Of a DNA stretch of 64,000 nt, positions 12,601 to 21,279 are shown in pieces. Origin of the DNA: an uncultured Acidobacteriota bacterium (GTDB taxonomy: Bacteria > Acidobacteriota > Thermoanaerobaculia > Multivoradales > UBA5704). The DNA lies in NCBI GenBank assembly GCA_963770895.1, contig CAVYRF010000001.1, positions 608,001 through 672,000 on the forward strand, given 5' to 3'. Position 1 is the stretch's first letter. The number at the start of each line of letters is the position of its first letter. A model generated the notes under the pieces. The model saw nothing but the letters and a program-made list of their open reading frames with translations, was not told where the DNA came from and searched no databases. The position numbers and the translations under genes are program-made.

Positions 12601-14559
12601 GTCGTTCGGCTGCGCCGGCGCCGCCGTCATCGGGCCGCCGAACGCCCAGTTGGGGTACGAGAAGCGCGCCAGCGCCTGGAGGACGGTGGCGGTGGTGTAG
12701 GTGCTGCCTTCCCAGCTGCCGGTCGCCGCCTGGTGGCTGCCCAGGTAGGCGGCCGCCGTCTGCAGGTTGAAGGTGTTGGCGATCCCCAGGTCGACCGCGG
12801 CCAGGATCGCGGAGCCGGTGTCGTGGGCAGTGCTCAGGGTGTCGCCGAAACCGCCGTCCACGTTCTGTTTGGTCGCCAGCCAGGTGAACGCCCTGCTGAC
12901 CGCCGCCAGGTTGGTGGGCGCGGCGCCCAGCGCCTTGAGCGCCTCCAGCACCGCCGCCGTCGGCGCGGTGCGGCTGGCGCCGCCGGGGACGCTCGCCCAG
13001 CCGCCGTCCGCCCCCTGGCTGGCGAGCAGGAACCGGGTGGCGGCCGCCAGCAGCGCCGGCGACGTCGCCGCCTGGCCCGCCAACACCTGGGCCGCCAGCG
13101 CCGTGTCCAGCGGATCGCTGCCGTAGCCGGCGCCCAGGCCCCAGCCGCCGTCGGCGTTCACCTGCGCCGCCAGCTGGGCGCCCAGCGCGGCGCTCCCTCG
13201 CGCCGCGGCGAGCCGCGCCAGGTCGTCGTTGCTGTTGGCGGTCTGCGCCGCCAGCCACGCCGCCGCCTGCTGCTGGCTGGCGGGCGTGAACAGCGGGTCC
13301 AGCAGCAGCAGCGCCGGCAGCACCACCGCCGTGTCGCGAGGCCGCGTTTCCGGCGTGTCCTGCCAGTAGCCGGCGGCGGTCTGCTGGCTGCGCAGCCAGG
13401 AATAGGCGGTGGGAAGGCTCGCGGCGGTCGGCCGCAGCGGCCCGCCCGATACCGGAGTGGGCGTGCCGGGCGCCGTCGGCAGCGGCGCGCTGGTCACCTC
13501 GAAGGTGCCGCGCCCGCCGGTGAGCACCGAAAAGTGCGTCATCCATTCGTTGCGCACCGTGGCGAGCGCCGCCAGCTGGGCGTTGGTGGCGGTGTCGCCG
13601 GGACGGATCAGGTAGATGAACGCCGCCTTGAACGCATGCTGCGCCTGCGCCGCGGGCGGCACGCGCGGCCCGTCCGCGGCGACGATCTGGTCGACGCTGA
13701 CCATGCGGCCGGTGCCGGTGACGCTGGTGCCCAGCTGCGGCAGCGCCGCCGGGTCGCTGCCCGGACTGGTGATGACCACAAACGGCGGCACCTCCGACGC
13801 GTCGTAGAAGCCCGCCAGGTAGAGGTCCAGCGGGCTATAGAACCGCCGCACCGCGATCGAGGTGAAGGTGCCGTCGCCGTTGTCCTGCCACTTGTTGCCG
13901 TATTCGACCGAGGCGCTGGTGTCGACCAGGTTGCTCCAGTGCGCCATCTGCTGGCCGATCAGCTCGGTGGTCTGGTTGCCGCTCGCGTCCAGCAGGTGCG
14001 AATGCACCGCCCACTGGTGCAGCACCTCGTGCGCCAGGGTGTTGAGGGTGAACTCGAATCCCGGCTGCGTCGGATCGGTCTCGATCTGGCCGAGCGGCGG
14101 CATGTCGACGAAGCCCAGGAGCTTGGACGCGCTGCCGAACTGGCTGCCGATGTCGAACGGCGGCAGCCCCAGCCCCTGCACCGCGTTGCGCACCTCCCAA
14201 TGGAAGGCGATGCCGTCGTCCGACGTGTAGCCAAAATCCGGGAACACCACCAGGAAGTCGAAATCGTCGGGATGGGTGCGGTAGAACTCCTGCGCCACCG
14301 CCAGGCGCGGATCGAGGTTGCCGCCGCCGCTGAGCGAGGTGTCGTACGAGCCGGCCAGGGTGATGATCGAAATGCCGTTGGTCTCGCCGATCTGGTGCGC
14401 CTGGTACGAGCCGGTCCCCGAGCCTTGGGCGGCGGCCGGGGGCGGCGCCGCCAGCCGCGCCGTCAGCAGCGCCGCCAGCACCGCTGCGAGCGCCGCGAGA
14501 GGCCTCGCCGCCCCCAGAGCCGCCAGCAACCTCCCAGCCCAGCCTCGCCCTCTTTGCAC
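9547..14559 (-). CDS. N-terminal part of the giant secreted protein: signal peptide, HExxH metallopeptidase-like domain, prenyltransferase/squalene-cyclase-like alpha/alpha barrel, several CARDB repeats, FlgD-Ig, beta-propeller; frameshifted near 9655-9660
   Basis: GGAGGAGG RBS precedes a GTG at 14559, followed by a signal peptide ending AAA-QG. Motifs: AHEVLH, repeated QxxDGGW/QNVDGGF, VIDPDNLVTEVTKTDN-type CARDB, FSPNGDGVQDT. The last ~35 codons of the ORF are off-frame. Confidence 0.88.
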   Translation of the reverse strand: MQRGRGWAGRLLAALGAARPLAALAAVLAALLTARLAAPPPAAAQGSGTGSYQAHQIGETNGISIITLAGSYDTSLSGGGNLDPRLAVAQEFYRTHPDDFDFLVVFPDFGYTSDDGIAFHWEVRNAVQGLGLPPFDIGSQFGSASKLLGFVDMPPLGQIETDPTQPGFEFTLNTLAHEVLHQWAVHSHLLDASGNQTTELIGQQMAHWSNLVDTSASVEYGNKWQDNGDGTFTSIAVRRFYSPLDLYLAGFYDASEVPPFVVITSPGSDPAALPQLGTSVTGTGRMVSVDQIVAADGPRVPPAAQAQHAFKAAFIYLIRPGDTATNAQLAALATVRNEWMTHFSVLTGGRGTFEVTSAPLPTAPGTPTPVSGGPLRPTAASLPTAYSWLRSQQTAAGYWQDTPETRPRDTAVVLPALLLLDPLFTPASQQQAAAWLAAQTANSNDDLARLAAARGSAALGAQLAAQVNADGGWGLGAGYGSDPLDTALAAQVLAGQAATSPALLAAATRFLLASQGADGGWASVPGGASRTAPTAAVLEALKALGAAPTNLAAVSRAFTWLATKQNVDGGFGDTLSTAHDTGSAILAAVDLGIANTFNLQTAAAYLGSHQAATGSWEGSTYTTATVLQALARFSYPNWAFGGPMTAAPAQPNDGDKVTLTVTVLSNGNSAAPAGVLRVYDGDPAAGGRAIGPDVAIPPLPPTQSAVLTAVWDTTGAAGSHDLVAVIDPDNLVTEVTKTDNQTSLAITVAPAPVGIDLGVSSSDISVSPSHPASLPAGLAISAIVRNAGQTDAPTVDVRLYVGVPGAGGTAVGDVVLDVPNRSSAVANFTYTLNTPGTTVLTVVADPDRLLGDVDRSNNSASVSVTTAAVIDLAVTPADITLAGAAYLGQKATFQVTLHNLGTVDAPTAAVRYTVSDGTTTETLPAGVATLAAGASVQDSVTWQVDLTGSLTFTVAIDPQGAIEDSNRANNQASLAFTATAIQQADLSVGRGDLTVSPNPGLAGQPFTATAVVHNTGGQDVTNLQVAFYDGDPAQGAPLLGSLQTIADLAAGSTATVVASEATISGPGSHLIYVVVDPNSQQSGLFSRAALSTFLVVQVLSLPDAAISGASLVLQPAFPAPGLPVALAVTVQNLGQQPIANLLVEAWDGDPAQGGAAVGTATIPQLAAGGNAVATIGWTLAAGASTRTLYVIVDPNNAVVESSKANNEASLAITVEQGDFVVSNRYFSPNGDGVQDTTEFDFRLGGTMTVSIQVLNGAGAVVRTAAASAYTNVAGGSFVWDGRDDRGIVVGDGDYSLQVVAAGGAVQGQATATVDTNRSPLLAALGTQYAAVTNLSCPLQPGTRLRWSPDEQALFFFQYTDPYYPQWATGVYQMTPLGGGVQQIVPAAFFGANVPTMLAASPDGSSIAFDSAPPNDNPGDLWTAPVSGSAPAAHLYGPGGLITFTGDGGSVVLFDYTSSNILAVPVGGGTPRVLAQNLSNAEWDQVQVSPDRQLALVPLNDPTGFNFDWVLVDLAHGGAVPIATATSVSSEFSWSPDGSQAAATVEDGNGIANTIELIGRDGSVQRTLTVPQDVPPTLDGIAALSPRADTPQWSWAGDALAVVAGYSIGCYSWADVYTFDLATGTITTVVRGIPGGRSPAFRSTSRPGTATTGWSAACCITAPTWASAPWT

Positions 14560-14909
14560 AGCCGCCCTCCTCCGTTGCCGCGCCCGCTTCCTGCGGGACG
14601 GCGGGACCCACCGCGCACACCGCTGCCAGCAGCGCGAACGCCCAAAAAAAAGCAAGATCGACTGCCGCGGTGCGACGGCACAACGTTGCCGGCGTAGCGA
14701 CCGTACTACCCACTCCGCAGCTTGTGAGTAACGGAGGAGAGGTTACGTCAAGCGATTTTCCCACGTCAAGTGCAATCTATGCAGACAAATTGCAATTGGC
14801 GCAACTATCATTGTAACTTGGCATGACCAAAGGGCTCATACGGCTTGAAGCACTTTGCCGATTGCTGATCCTGTCGCCAATGGTAGGGTCGTATTGGGGG
14901 GAGGGGCCG

Positions 14910-15809
14910 ATGAAAAGCATCAGCACACGGCACGTCCAGATCGCCTACGAAGAGCACGGCGCCACCGATGGCGCGCCGGTCCTGCTGCTGCACGGCTTTC
15001 CCGATTCGCCGCGCACCTGGGACGGCGTCGTCGCCGCGCTCGCGGCGGCCCCGGCCCCGCCGCGCCTGATCACGCCCTACCAGCGCGGCAGCGGCGGCTC
15101 GCGCGCGCTCCATGCCGGCGCCGTCGCCGGGCAGGTCGCGGCCCTGGCGCAGGACGTCCTGGACCTGGCCGACGCCCTGGGCGTGGACCGCTTCCTGCTC
15201 GCCGGCCACGATTGGGGCAGCCGCGCCGCCGCGGGAGTGGCGGTGCTCGCGCCGCAGCGGCTCGCCGCGGTCATCCTGCTCGCCACACCCTACGGGGCGG
15301 GCGACTCGTCACCGGAGCTGCGCCTGGCCCAGGCGCAGGCCTTCTGGTACCAGTGGTACTTCCACACCCCGCAGGGGCGGGATGCCTTGCACGGCGACCG
15401 CCGCTCGCTCTGCCGCAAGCTGTGGCAAGTCTGGTCGCCCGATTGGCGCTTCGCGGAACGCGACCTTGCCGCCGCGGCGGAGAGCTGGGACAACGACCAG
15501 TTCGTCGACACCGTGGTCCACTACTACCGCCACCGCTGGGGCAACGCTCCCGGCTGCCCGCTCTACGAGGCGCAGCAGGCCGTCCTCGACGCCACGCCGC
15601 CGCTCGCCGTGCCGGCCACCCTGGTCGTGGGGACGACCGATGCGGTCAACCTGCCCGCCGCCGCCCGCGGCACCGACCACCACTACGCCGCGGGCATCCG
15701 CCACGTCGCCGCCCAGGGAGCCGGCCACTTCATCCAGCGCGAGCAGCCCCAGCTGGTCGCCGACCTCATCCGAGCCCAGCTGCCGCCGCGCCCGGTATCG
15801 CCCACCTAG
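14910..15809 (+). CDS. alpha/beta fold hydrolase (epoxide hydrolase-like)
   Basis: HGFPD, GHDWG nucleophile elbow and C-terminal GHFIQRE; GGAGG RBS before ATG 14910. Confidence 0.9.
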   Translation: MKSISTRHVQIAYEEHGATDGAPVLLLHGFPDSPRTWDGVVAALAAAPAPPRLITPYQRGSGGSRALHAGAVAGQVAALAQDVLDLADALGVDRFLLAGHDWGSRAAAGVAVLAPQRLAAVILLATPYGAGDSSPELRLAQAQAFWYQWYFHTPQGRDALHGDRRSLCRKLWQVWSPDWRFAERDLAAAAESWDNDQFVDTVVHYYRHRWGNAPGCPLYEAQQAVLDATPPLAVPATLVVGTTDAVNLPAAARGTDHHYAAGIRHVAAQGAGHFIQREQPQLVADLIRAQLPPRPVSPT

Positions 15810-15868
15810 GGCTGTCGAGCGCGATCGGCGGGCCTTCGACGCGCACCGCATTGACCAGCCTCACCTGC

Positions 15869-16120
15869 GGGTCCTCTTGCCTCGCGCGCGCCCACGTCCC
15901 CCGTGCGCGCCCCGCCCCACCCGTAACGCCCTCGCCTCCGCCCGCGTCCGGCAATCCTCGCGCCTTCGATCATCCATCGCGCACTCGCCACACCCTATGC
16001 CGGGGCGCGCGCTCGCGGAGTGCCTCTGCCCTGCGCATCTCCCTGCACCCAGGCCGCCGGCGGGGGGCTTGCTCTCGGCGTCCGCGACGGGCGCCGGCAG
16101 GTGTTCGCGCGCCCCGAAGG
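15869..16120. repeat. Dispersed structured non-coding repeat, copy 1
   Basis: Shares an identical 33-nt block and an identical 39-nt block with the copies at 23.5 and 25.0 kb. Confidence 0.85.
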
Positions 16121-16347
16121 GGGATGTCAGGGGGAATGGACGCGGCAGCGAACGAGGAGAGGTCCATTCGCGCGTATAAAGAGCAAGTCGCAGATATTGC
16201 ATTTATGCGTATAGCATAGTATAGGGCAAGTTTGTGTCAAGGTGGTCGCTCGACGCGGAGGGCTGCAGCGCTGCTGCCTGCTGGCGGAGTCCGAGATCGA
16301 AGGCCGGTTGCGATGCGAACGGCCGCCGTGTTGGAAAGGAGATCGGG

Positions 16348-17493
16348 ATGAAGCGCTTCTGCTTGGCGATCTATCTCGTGGGCATGGGGATGCTCTCCCT
16401 GTCCCCGGCCTGGGCGGAGCACTCTCCGACGGTCACCGAGTTTCCCACTCCGACTGCCAACAGCCTGGCCGAGGGGGTGGAGGTGACCGGCGATGGCGCG
16501 ATCTGGTACTGCGAGACGCTGGCCAGCCGGCTGGTGTTGCAGCGCCCCGACCGCAGCGTCGTGGAGTACCCAGTGCCGAACGCCGGCCAACCGAACACTC
16601 TCAAGATCGGCTCAGATGGCATCTGGTTCACCGACCAGCTCAACGACGCCATCGGCGTGCTTGCCCCGGCATCCGGGAAGGTCGAGGAGTACAAGATCCC
16701 CTCCGGTGCCATGCCGACCTGGATCGAGCTGGGGACCGACGGCAGCGTGTGGTTCCCGGAGCCCAGCGGCGTGGGCCGGATGGATCCCTATGGCACCTTC
16801 ACCGAGTGGCAGATCGTCTTGGAGAAGGCCGACGCTCACATCGAGGAGATCAGTCTCGATCCGGCAGGGCACCTCTGGTTCGCCGAGAAGAACTTCGACG
16901 GCCCCGGCCCCAGCGGCACCAACATGGTGCGGCGTCTCGACCCTGCCACGAACGTGATCAGCGAATATCGCGTGCCGACGCTGGGCGGAACGCCGGCGGG
17001 GGTTCTGGCGAACGCCGACGGCACCGTCTGGGTCACCGAGTACTTCGGCAACGCCGTCGCCCTGCTCGACCCGGCCACGGCTCCCCATACCGACCTCAGG
17101 GTCACGCCTCTGCGCGGTGCTGCGGCAGAGCAGAGCACCCCAGGAACCCATCTGCACGCTGGCGGCGGCCCGCACGTTGCCGCAACCCCTGTCACCCCGC
17201 TATTGACGCCGGTGACACCAAGAAAGACCCGCGGGTGGATCGAGTACCCGATCCCCTTGGCAGGGGCCAACGCCGGGGACCTGCGCACGGAGGCATCGGG
17301 CCGGCTCTGGTTCGAGGAGGACGCCGGGCAGATCGGCGTTCTCGACCCCGTGGCTCTCACCATCACGGAATATCCCCTGCCGACCCAGGGAAACGGTTAC
17401 TACAACATCGAGATCGACTCCCACGGCCGCATCTGGGTCACGGAGGCCGGGTTCTTTGCGCCCCCGTCGAAGGTCGCGGTGCTCGCCCCTTGA
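16348..17493 (+). CDS. Secreted Vgb (virginiamycin B lyase)-like beta-propeller protein
   Basis: AAGGAG RBS and signal peptide; repeated DGxxWFTE / EYxxP blades. Confidence 0.8.
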   Translation: MKRFCLAIYLVGMGMLSLSPAWAEHSPTVTEFPTPTANSLAEGVEVTGDGAIWYCETLASRLVLQRPDRSVVEYPVPNAGQPNTLKIGSDGIWFTDQLNDAIGVLAPASGKVEEYKIPSGAMPTWIELGTDGSVWFPEPSGVGRMDPYGTFTEWQIVLEKADAHIEEISLDPAGHLWFAEKNFDGPGPSGTNMVRRLDPATNVISEYRVPTLGGTPAGVLANADGTVWVTEYFGNAVALLDPATAPHTDLRVTPLRGAAAEQSTPGTHLHAGGGPHVAATPVTPLLTPVTPRKTRGWIEYPIPLAGANAGDLRTEASGRLWFEEDAGQIGVLDPVALTITEYPLPTQGNGYYNIEIDSHGRIWVTEAGFFAPPSKVAVLAP

Positions 17494-17514
17494 TGCGCCC
17501 GCGTCCCGCGTTTG

Positions 17515-18090
17515 TCAAAGCGGCGGCGTGATGGTGAGGCTCGTCGTTGCCGTCGTCTGCGACAGGCCGTTCAGCGCGCACTCGACCAGGGCCAGGGGAT
17601 CGCGCACGTTGACGATCGCCATCTGGTCGCCAGCGAAACGTCCGCTGGTGATGGTGGCGGCCAGCCCGGCGGCGCCGCCGACACTGCCGAGATCCATCAG
17701 CAAGCCCGAGACCTCGGCTTGGCTATCGGTGTCGTCAGCCCACACGATTTCCAGCGTGCCGGAGATATTTTCCGCTGACGTGCAGCTCAGATCGCCCGTG
17801 AGCGAGAAGGTGAACGTGCCTGTCGTGGAACCTCCGTCCAGGACCACACAGCCGCTGATCGTGCCGCCGCCGGCGGCGGTGGAGAGCGGTGGCTGCGCTG
17901 GCGGCAGCACGAGCTTCGCGGGCGGGTCGAAGTTGAGCGTGATCGACGCCAAGCACGAGGCGTCGAGCTGCGCTGCAGCGGGTTTCGCACACCAGGCGGC
18001 GGCCATGACCAGCAACACCGCCCATGCCACGGAGAGCCGGCGTCGGCCCCTGGGGACCGCGGCACCGGTAAGCCTTCCGGGTTGCTTCAT
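17515..18090 (-). CDS. Hypothetical secreted beta-rich protein
   Basis: GAGGTG RBS before ATG 18090; signal peptide ending AAA-Q; Cys in the mature part; coding-like codon bias. Confidence 0.7.
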   Translation of the reverse strand: MKQPGRLTGAAVPRGRRRLSVAWAVLLVMAAAWCAKPAAAQLDASCLASITLNFDPPAKLVLPPAQPPLSTAAGGGTISGCVVLDGGSTTGTFTFSLTGDLSCTSAENISGTLEIVWADDTDSQAEVSGLLMDLGSVGGAAGLAATITSGRFAGDQMAIVNVRDPLALVECALNGLSQTTATTSLTITPPL

Positions 18091-18187
18091 GCGGCACCTC
18101 ATTTCAAGAATGCATGGAACATACGCTTAGTTGCATAGATGATAACACATGGACAATACGCACGACGACACTCCCCTCTCCGCTGCA

Positions 18188-18247
18188 CAAAGCTCCTGCC
18201 CGCGCCTACGGACAGGCGAAGGCTTGCCGAGGACGCGGAGCAGGAGC
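18188..18247 (-). terminator. Probable terminator hairpin downstream of precursor 1
   Basis: Inverted repeat gctcctgcccgcg...cgcggagcaggagc followed by TTTG on the minus strand. Confidence 0.45.
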
Positions 18248-18252
18248 AGGGT

Positions 18253-18429
18253 TCAAGCGCAGGGCTTGCAGTCGGAGCAGACGTGGGTGGCGCTGCAGAG
18301 ACAGGCGCTGCCGCAATCGGTGTTGGCCACCGTCGTGGTGGCGCCGCCGGCGGCATCCTGCAGCCCGTTGCGATCGATGATCCTCAGGGTTTCCTTGCTG
18401 AGCGACAGCTTCTTGACCTGCTTTCTCAT
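18253..18429 (-). CDS. RiPP precursor peptide 1 (58 aa), lanthipeptide-like leader, Cys/Thr/Ser-rich core
   Basis: MRKQVKKLSLSKETLRIIDRNGLQDAAGG-ATTTVANTDCGSACLCSATHVCSDCKPCA; AGAGG RBS. Confidence 0.85.
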   Translation of the reverse strand: MRKQVKKLSLSKETLRIIDRNGLQDAAGGATTTVANTDCGSACLCSATHVCSDCKPCA

Positions 18430-18968
18430 GACCGGTACCTCTCTTTGATCGCACGCCGGAGGCGACAGGACGCCGCTCCGTATTTCACTCATAACCTCAA
18501 GTTATCATAGGCGATACTGCTCCACAATGCGATCGGATCCCGCCCAACCAGGGGGAAGCCCACCGAGACGTGTACCCGATCCGGGATCGGCGCGGCCTGG
18601 GCCAGAAAGAAGGGCCTCAGGCGGTCGGAGCCGCGCGCGGTGCCGACGTCCCAGACGAAGGGCGCCGGCGCCGCCGCGGCCAAGGCTGCCACTTGCCGCA
18701 GTCGGCGAGATGCCAGCCGCCGGCGCTACTGGGCCAGATGTCGGCGGTGGACTGCCCATGGACAGCGTCACCTCGAGTGGCGTAGGCCCCGCCAGCAATC
18801 TGCTTCATTCTGAACGAATTCACTGCATTCTAGAAGAGTCGCTGGCGCTGCCTGGAGGTGGCTCTCCCGGTGCGTGATTTGCAGGTAGGCGGATCTGTTG
18901 CGCGCGCTAAGATGCTTTGGCGCTTGCTGATCTTCGGAAAGCGTCAGAATGGTTATAGGAGAACCACC

Positions 18969-19136
18969 ATGAAAAAGCAGTCTGCCAAGATCCGGTTGTG
19001 CTTCGAGACCCTGCGGAGGATATCGGACACTTCGCTGTCTGATGCCGCCGGAGGCGCCGTCACTGCGCTTACTTGCGCCAACACCTGCACCACCGTCACC
19101 TACAAGCCCCCCTGCACCGTGCGCGGTTGTCTCTAA
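18969..19136 (+). CDS. RiPP precursor peptide 2 (55 aa)
   Basis: MKKQSAKIRLCFETLRRISDTSLSDAAGG-AVTALTCANTCTTVTYKPPCTVRGCL; AGGAG RBS. Confidence 0.82.
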   Translation: MKKQSAKIRLCFETLRRISDTSLSDAAGGAVTALTCANTCTTVTYKPPCTVRGCL

Positions 19137-19162
19137 GCGTCGCGCAGCCCTGACGGTTCAGC

Positions 19163-19209
19163 GCGGCCGGTTCGCTGAAGCCTACGGACCGGCCGCCCTT
19201 TGAATTTTC
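19163..19209 (+). terminator. Probable intrinsic terminator after precursor 2
   Basis: Stem gcggccggt...accggccgc followed by ctttgaatttt. Confidence 0.5.
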
Positions 19210-19382
19210 GCCGAGGCATCTGGGCGCTTGGCCTCAGCTGCTGGTATCTCACTGCCGCTGTTGGAGGGCGTGCTGCTGCCGGCCGTCCGCGTTGTGTGTG
19301 CCAATAGGGCTTGTTTGCATAGACCCTGGTTGCTGGCGCAGCAGGCTGGTGAGGTTGCCTGCGGGGTGCAGGGATGCCAAGG

Positions 19383-21083
19383 TTACCGCCCGCCGGCGAG
19401 ACCGCGGAGCGTGCCGTCGCAGCCTTCCGCATCGGCGCCCTCGCGCCGCACAAAGATCCCCGTCTTGTATCCCTCCGCGGCCAGCTCCCGCGCATAGGGA
19501 GGCACCGCCACGATCCAGCGGCCGTCGGCCGGCCACGGCCGCTGCGACTTGGCAACCGCCGCCAGCCGATAGCACGCGTCCATCGCGTCCTGCACCTGGT
19601 CGAGGCCGGCGGTCGTCGCGCGCCCCGCGGCGTCGACGTGGGTGGCGACGATGACGTCGGGCCGCTGCAACAAGACGTAGCGCGGGTCGTACTTTTCGTG
19701 CGCCGGCGGATCGTTCGGCGACGACGCGGCCAGGTGCAGGTGCGCGATGTGGCGGTCGACGAGGCCGAACATGTCGAGCGTCCGGCGGCGCGAGTAGTAG
19801 GGAATGGCGCCCGCGGCGCCGGTCGCCACCGTGGCCCCGGGCGGCGTGTGCGCCGCGAGCCACCGGCCGATGCGGCTCCACGCCTCGATCTCCAACGCCT
19901 GGCCGTCCAGCCGGTAGAACCGCGCCGGCCAAGACCACCAAAGCGCGTTCACCACCAGGAAGAGGCCGACCGCGGTACGCGCGCCGGCCCCCAGCCTGCC
20001 CGCTTCCGGGGTGATGCGTTCCAGGCCGACCGCCGCCAGCAGGAGCAGCGCCGGCAGCGCCGGCAGCAGCAGGCGCGGACCGAAAAAGACCAGGAAGTCG
20101 CCGCCGATGGAAACGAAATAGCCGGCCGTGGCAGCGACGATCAGCCACCCCCACAGCAGCGCCGCGGCCTGCGCCCTTCGCGCCGCACGCCCCGGCACCA
20201 GCCCCGCGAGCGCGAGCAGCGCCAGGGGATAGACCCCCCAGATCGCGGCGATCTCGCCGAGCAGGCGTCCGCCGCGTGCCAGGCGCCCCAGGCTCGGGTC
20301 GCTCGCCTTGGCGTAGAAGGTGTTGGGCAGCAGGTCGCCGTAGTAGCGGTAGCGCCACGCGAAGTAGACCCCACAGACCACGACAAAAGGCAGCGCGAAG
20401 GCGACGACGCCCCGCAGCCGCCCCGGCCGGGATGCGCCCTCGTCGCCCGCGCGCTCTCGCGCGCTGCAGAGCGCATACCAGGCGAGCGTCAACCCCCAGT
20501 AGAGGGCGCCTTCGGGGCGCGTCAGGGCCGCCGCGGCGAAAGCCAGCGCCGCAAGCCCCGGGCGTCCGCGCGCGACGGCCAGGTCCCAGGCCAGCACCAG
20601 CAGGAGCACGAAGAAGACGGTCTCCAGGCCGGACACCGCCAGCCGGGCCTGGGAGCCCATGGCGGCGTAGAGCAGCCCGCCGCATCCCCCCAGGGTCGCC
20701 GCCAGCCGCGACGGCCGCAGCAGGCGCGTCAGCAGGTCGGCTAGCAGGACGACCGTGGCCGCCGCCGCCAGGACCGACAGCGCGACGGCCAGCACTCCGG
20801 GATCGACGCCGCAGCGGATGCCCGCCGCGAGCAGCACCGTCCACAGGAAATTGGTGTAGCCCTCCACCCGCTCTCCCGGGTTGAACACCAGCCCCGCGCC
20901 GTGCGCCAGGTTGGCCGCATAGCGGAAACTGATGAACGCGTCGTCGACCAGCAGGCCGCGATGCGCGACAATGGCGACCCGCGCCAGCAGGACGGCGACA
21001 CCCAGGCCGACCAGGATACGTCCGGCAAGCCGGTCCGTCCGGCGCGCACGCTCCCCGGGCGCTGCCGCGAAAGGCTCTGTCAT
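19383..21083 (-). CDS. Polytopic GT-C-type membrane glycosyltransferase (AftB-like)
   Basis: [10 protein letters not shown]...[26 protein letters not shown] and PNTFYAK motifs; many TM segments; start uncertain. Confidence 0.75.
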   Translation of the reverse strand: MTEPFAAAPGERARRTDRLAGRILVGLGVAVLLARVAIVAHRGLLVDDAFISFRYAANLAHGAGLVFNPGERVEGYTNFLWTVLLAAGIRCGVDPGVLAVALSVLAAAATVVLLADLLTRLLRPSRLAATLGGCGGLLYAAMGSQARLAVSGLETVFFVLLLVLAWDLAVARGRPGLAALAFAAAALTRPEGALYWGLTLAWYALCSARERAGDEGASRPGRLRGVVAFALPFVVVCGVYFAWRYRYYGDLLPNTFYAKASDPSLGRLARGGRLLGEIAAIWGVYPLALLALAGLVPGRAARRAQAAALLWGWLIVAATAGYFVSIGGDFLVFFGPRLLLPALPALLLLAAVGLERITPEAGRLGAGARTAVGLFLVVNALWWSWPARFYRLDGQALEIEAWSRIGRWLAAHTPPGATVATGAAGAIPYYSRRRTLDMFGLVDRHIAHLHLAASSPNDPPAHEKYDPRYVLLQRPDVIVATHVDAAGRATTAGLDQVQDAMDACYRLAAVAKSQRPWPADGRWIVAVPPYARELAAEGYKTGIFVRREGADAEGCDGTLRGLAGGR

Positions 21084-21279
21084 CGGCGGGGCCGGCGGGG
21101 TGGGTGGAGTGCCATCGACGGTGCGCGGCATCGGGAGGGCTCGGGCGGCCGGCGAAGGGCCTCGGCCCGGCGGCTTTCGGCGCCCGAGCCTAGCAGAATG
21201 CGCCGCCGGCGGCTGGATGCCCCGCCGGCATCTTGGACGGCGCAACGGCGCGGCGGTCGCCCGCGCGCCGCGCCGGCCT

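Noticed and set aside
269-14697. Very long ORFs 269-6607 (+), 10015-14697 (+), 2652-7571 (-) and 10676-13546 (-)
   Set aside because: These are Arg/Gly/Ala-rich shadow frames of the giant gene, caused by high GC3; they contain no domain motifs.
14560-14760. Riboswitch in the leader of the giant gene
   Set aside because: GC-rich pairing is possible, but I could not match any known aptamer consensus by eye; an Rfam search is needed.
18489-18860. Small ORFs between the two precursor genes
   Set aside because: They have no RBS or recognisable family and sit in conflicting frames; at most a decayed gene fragment.
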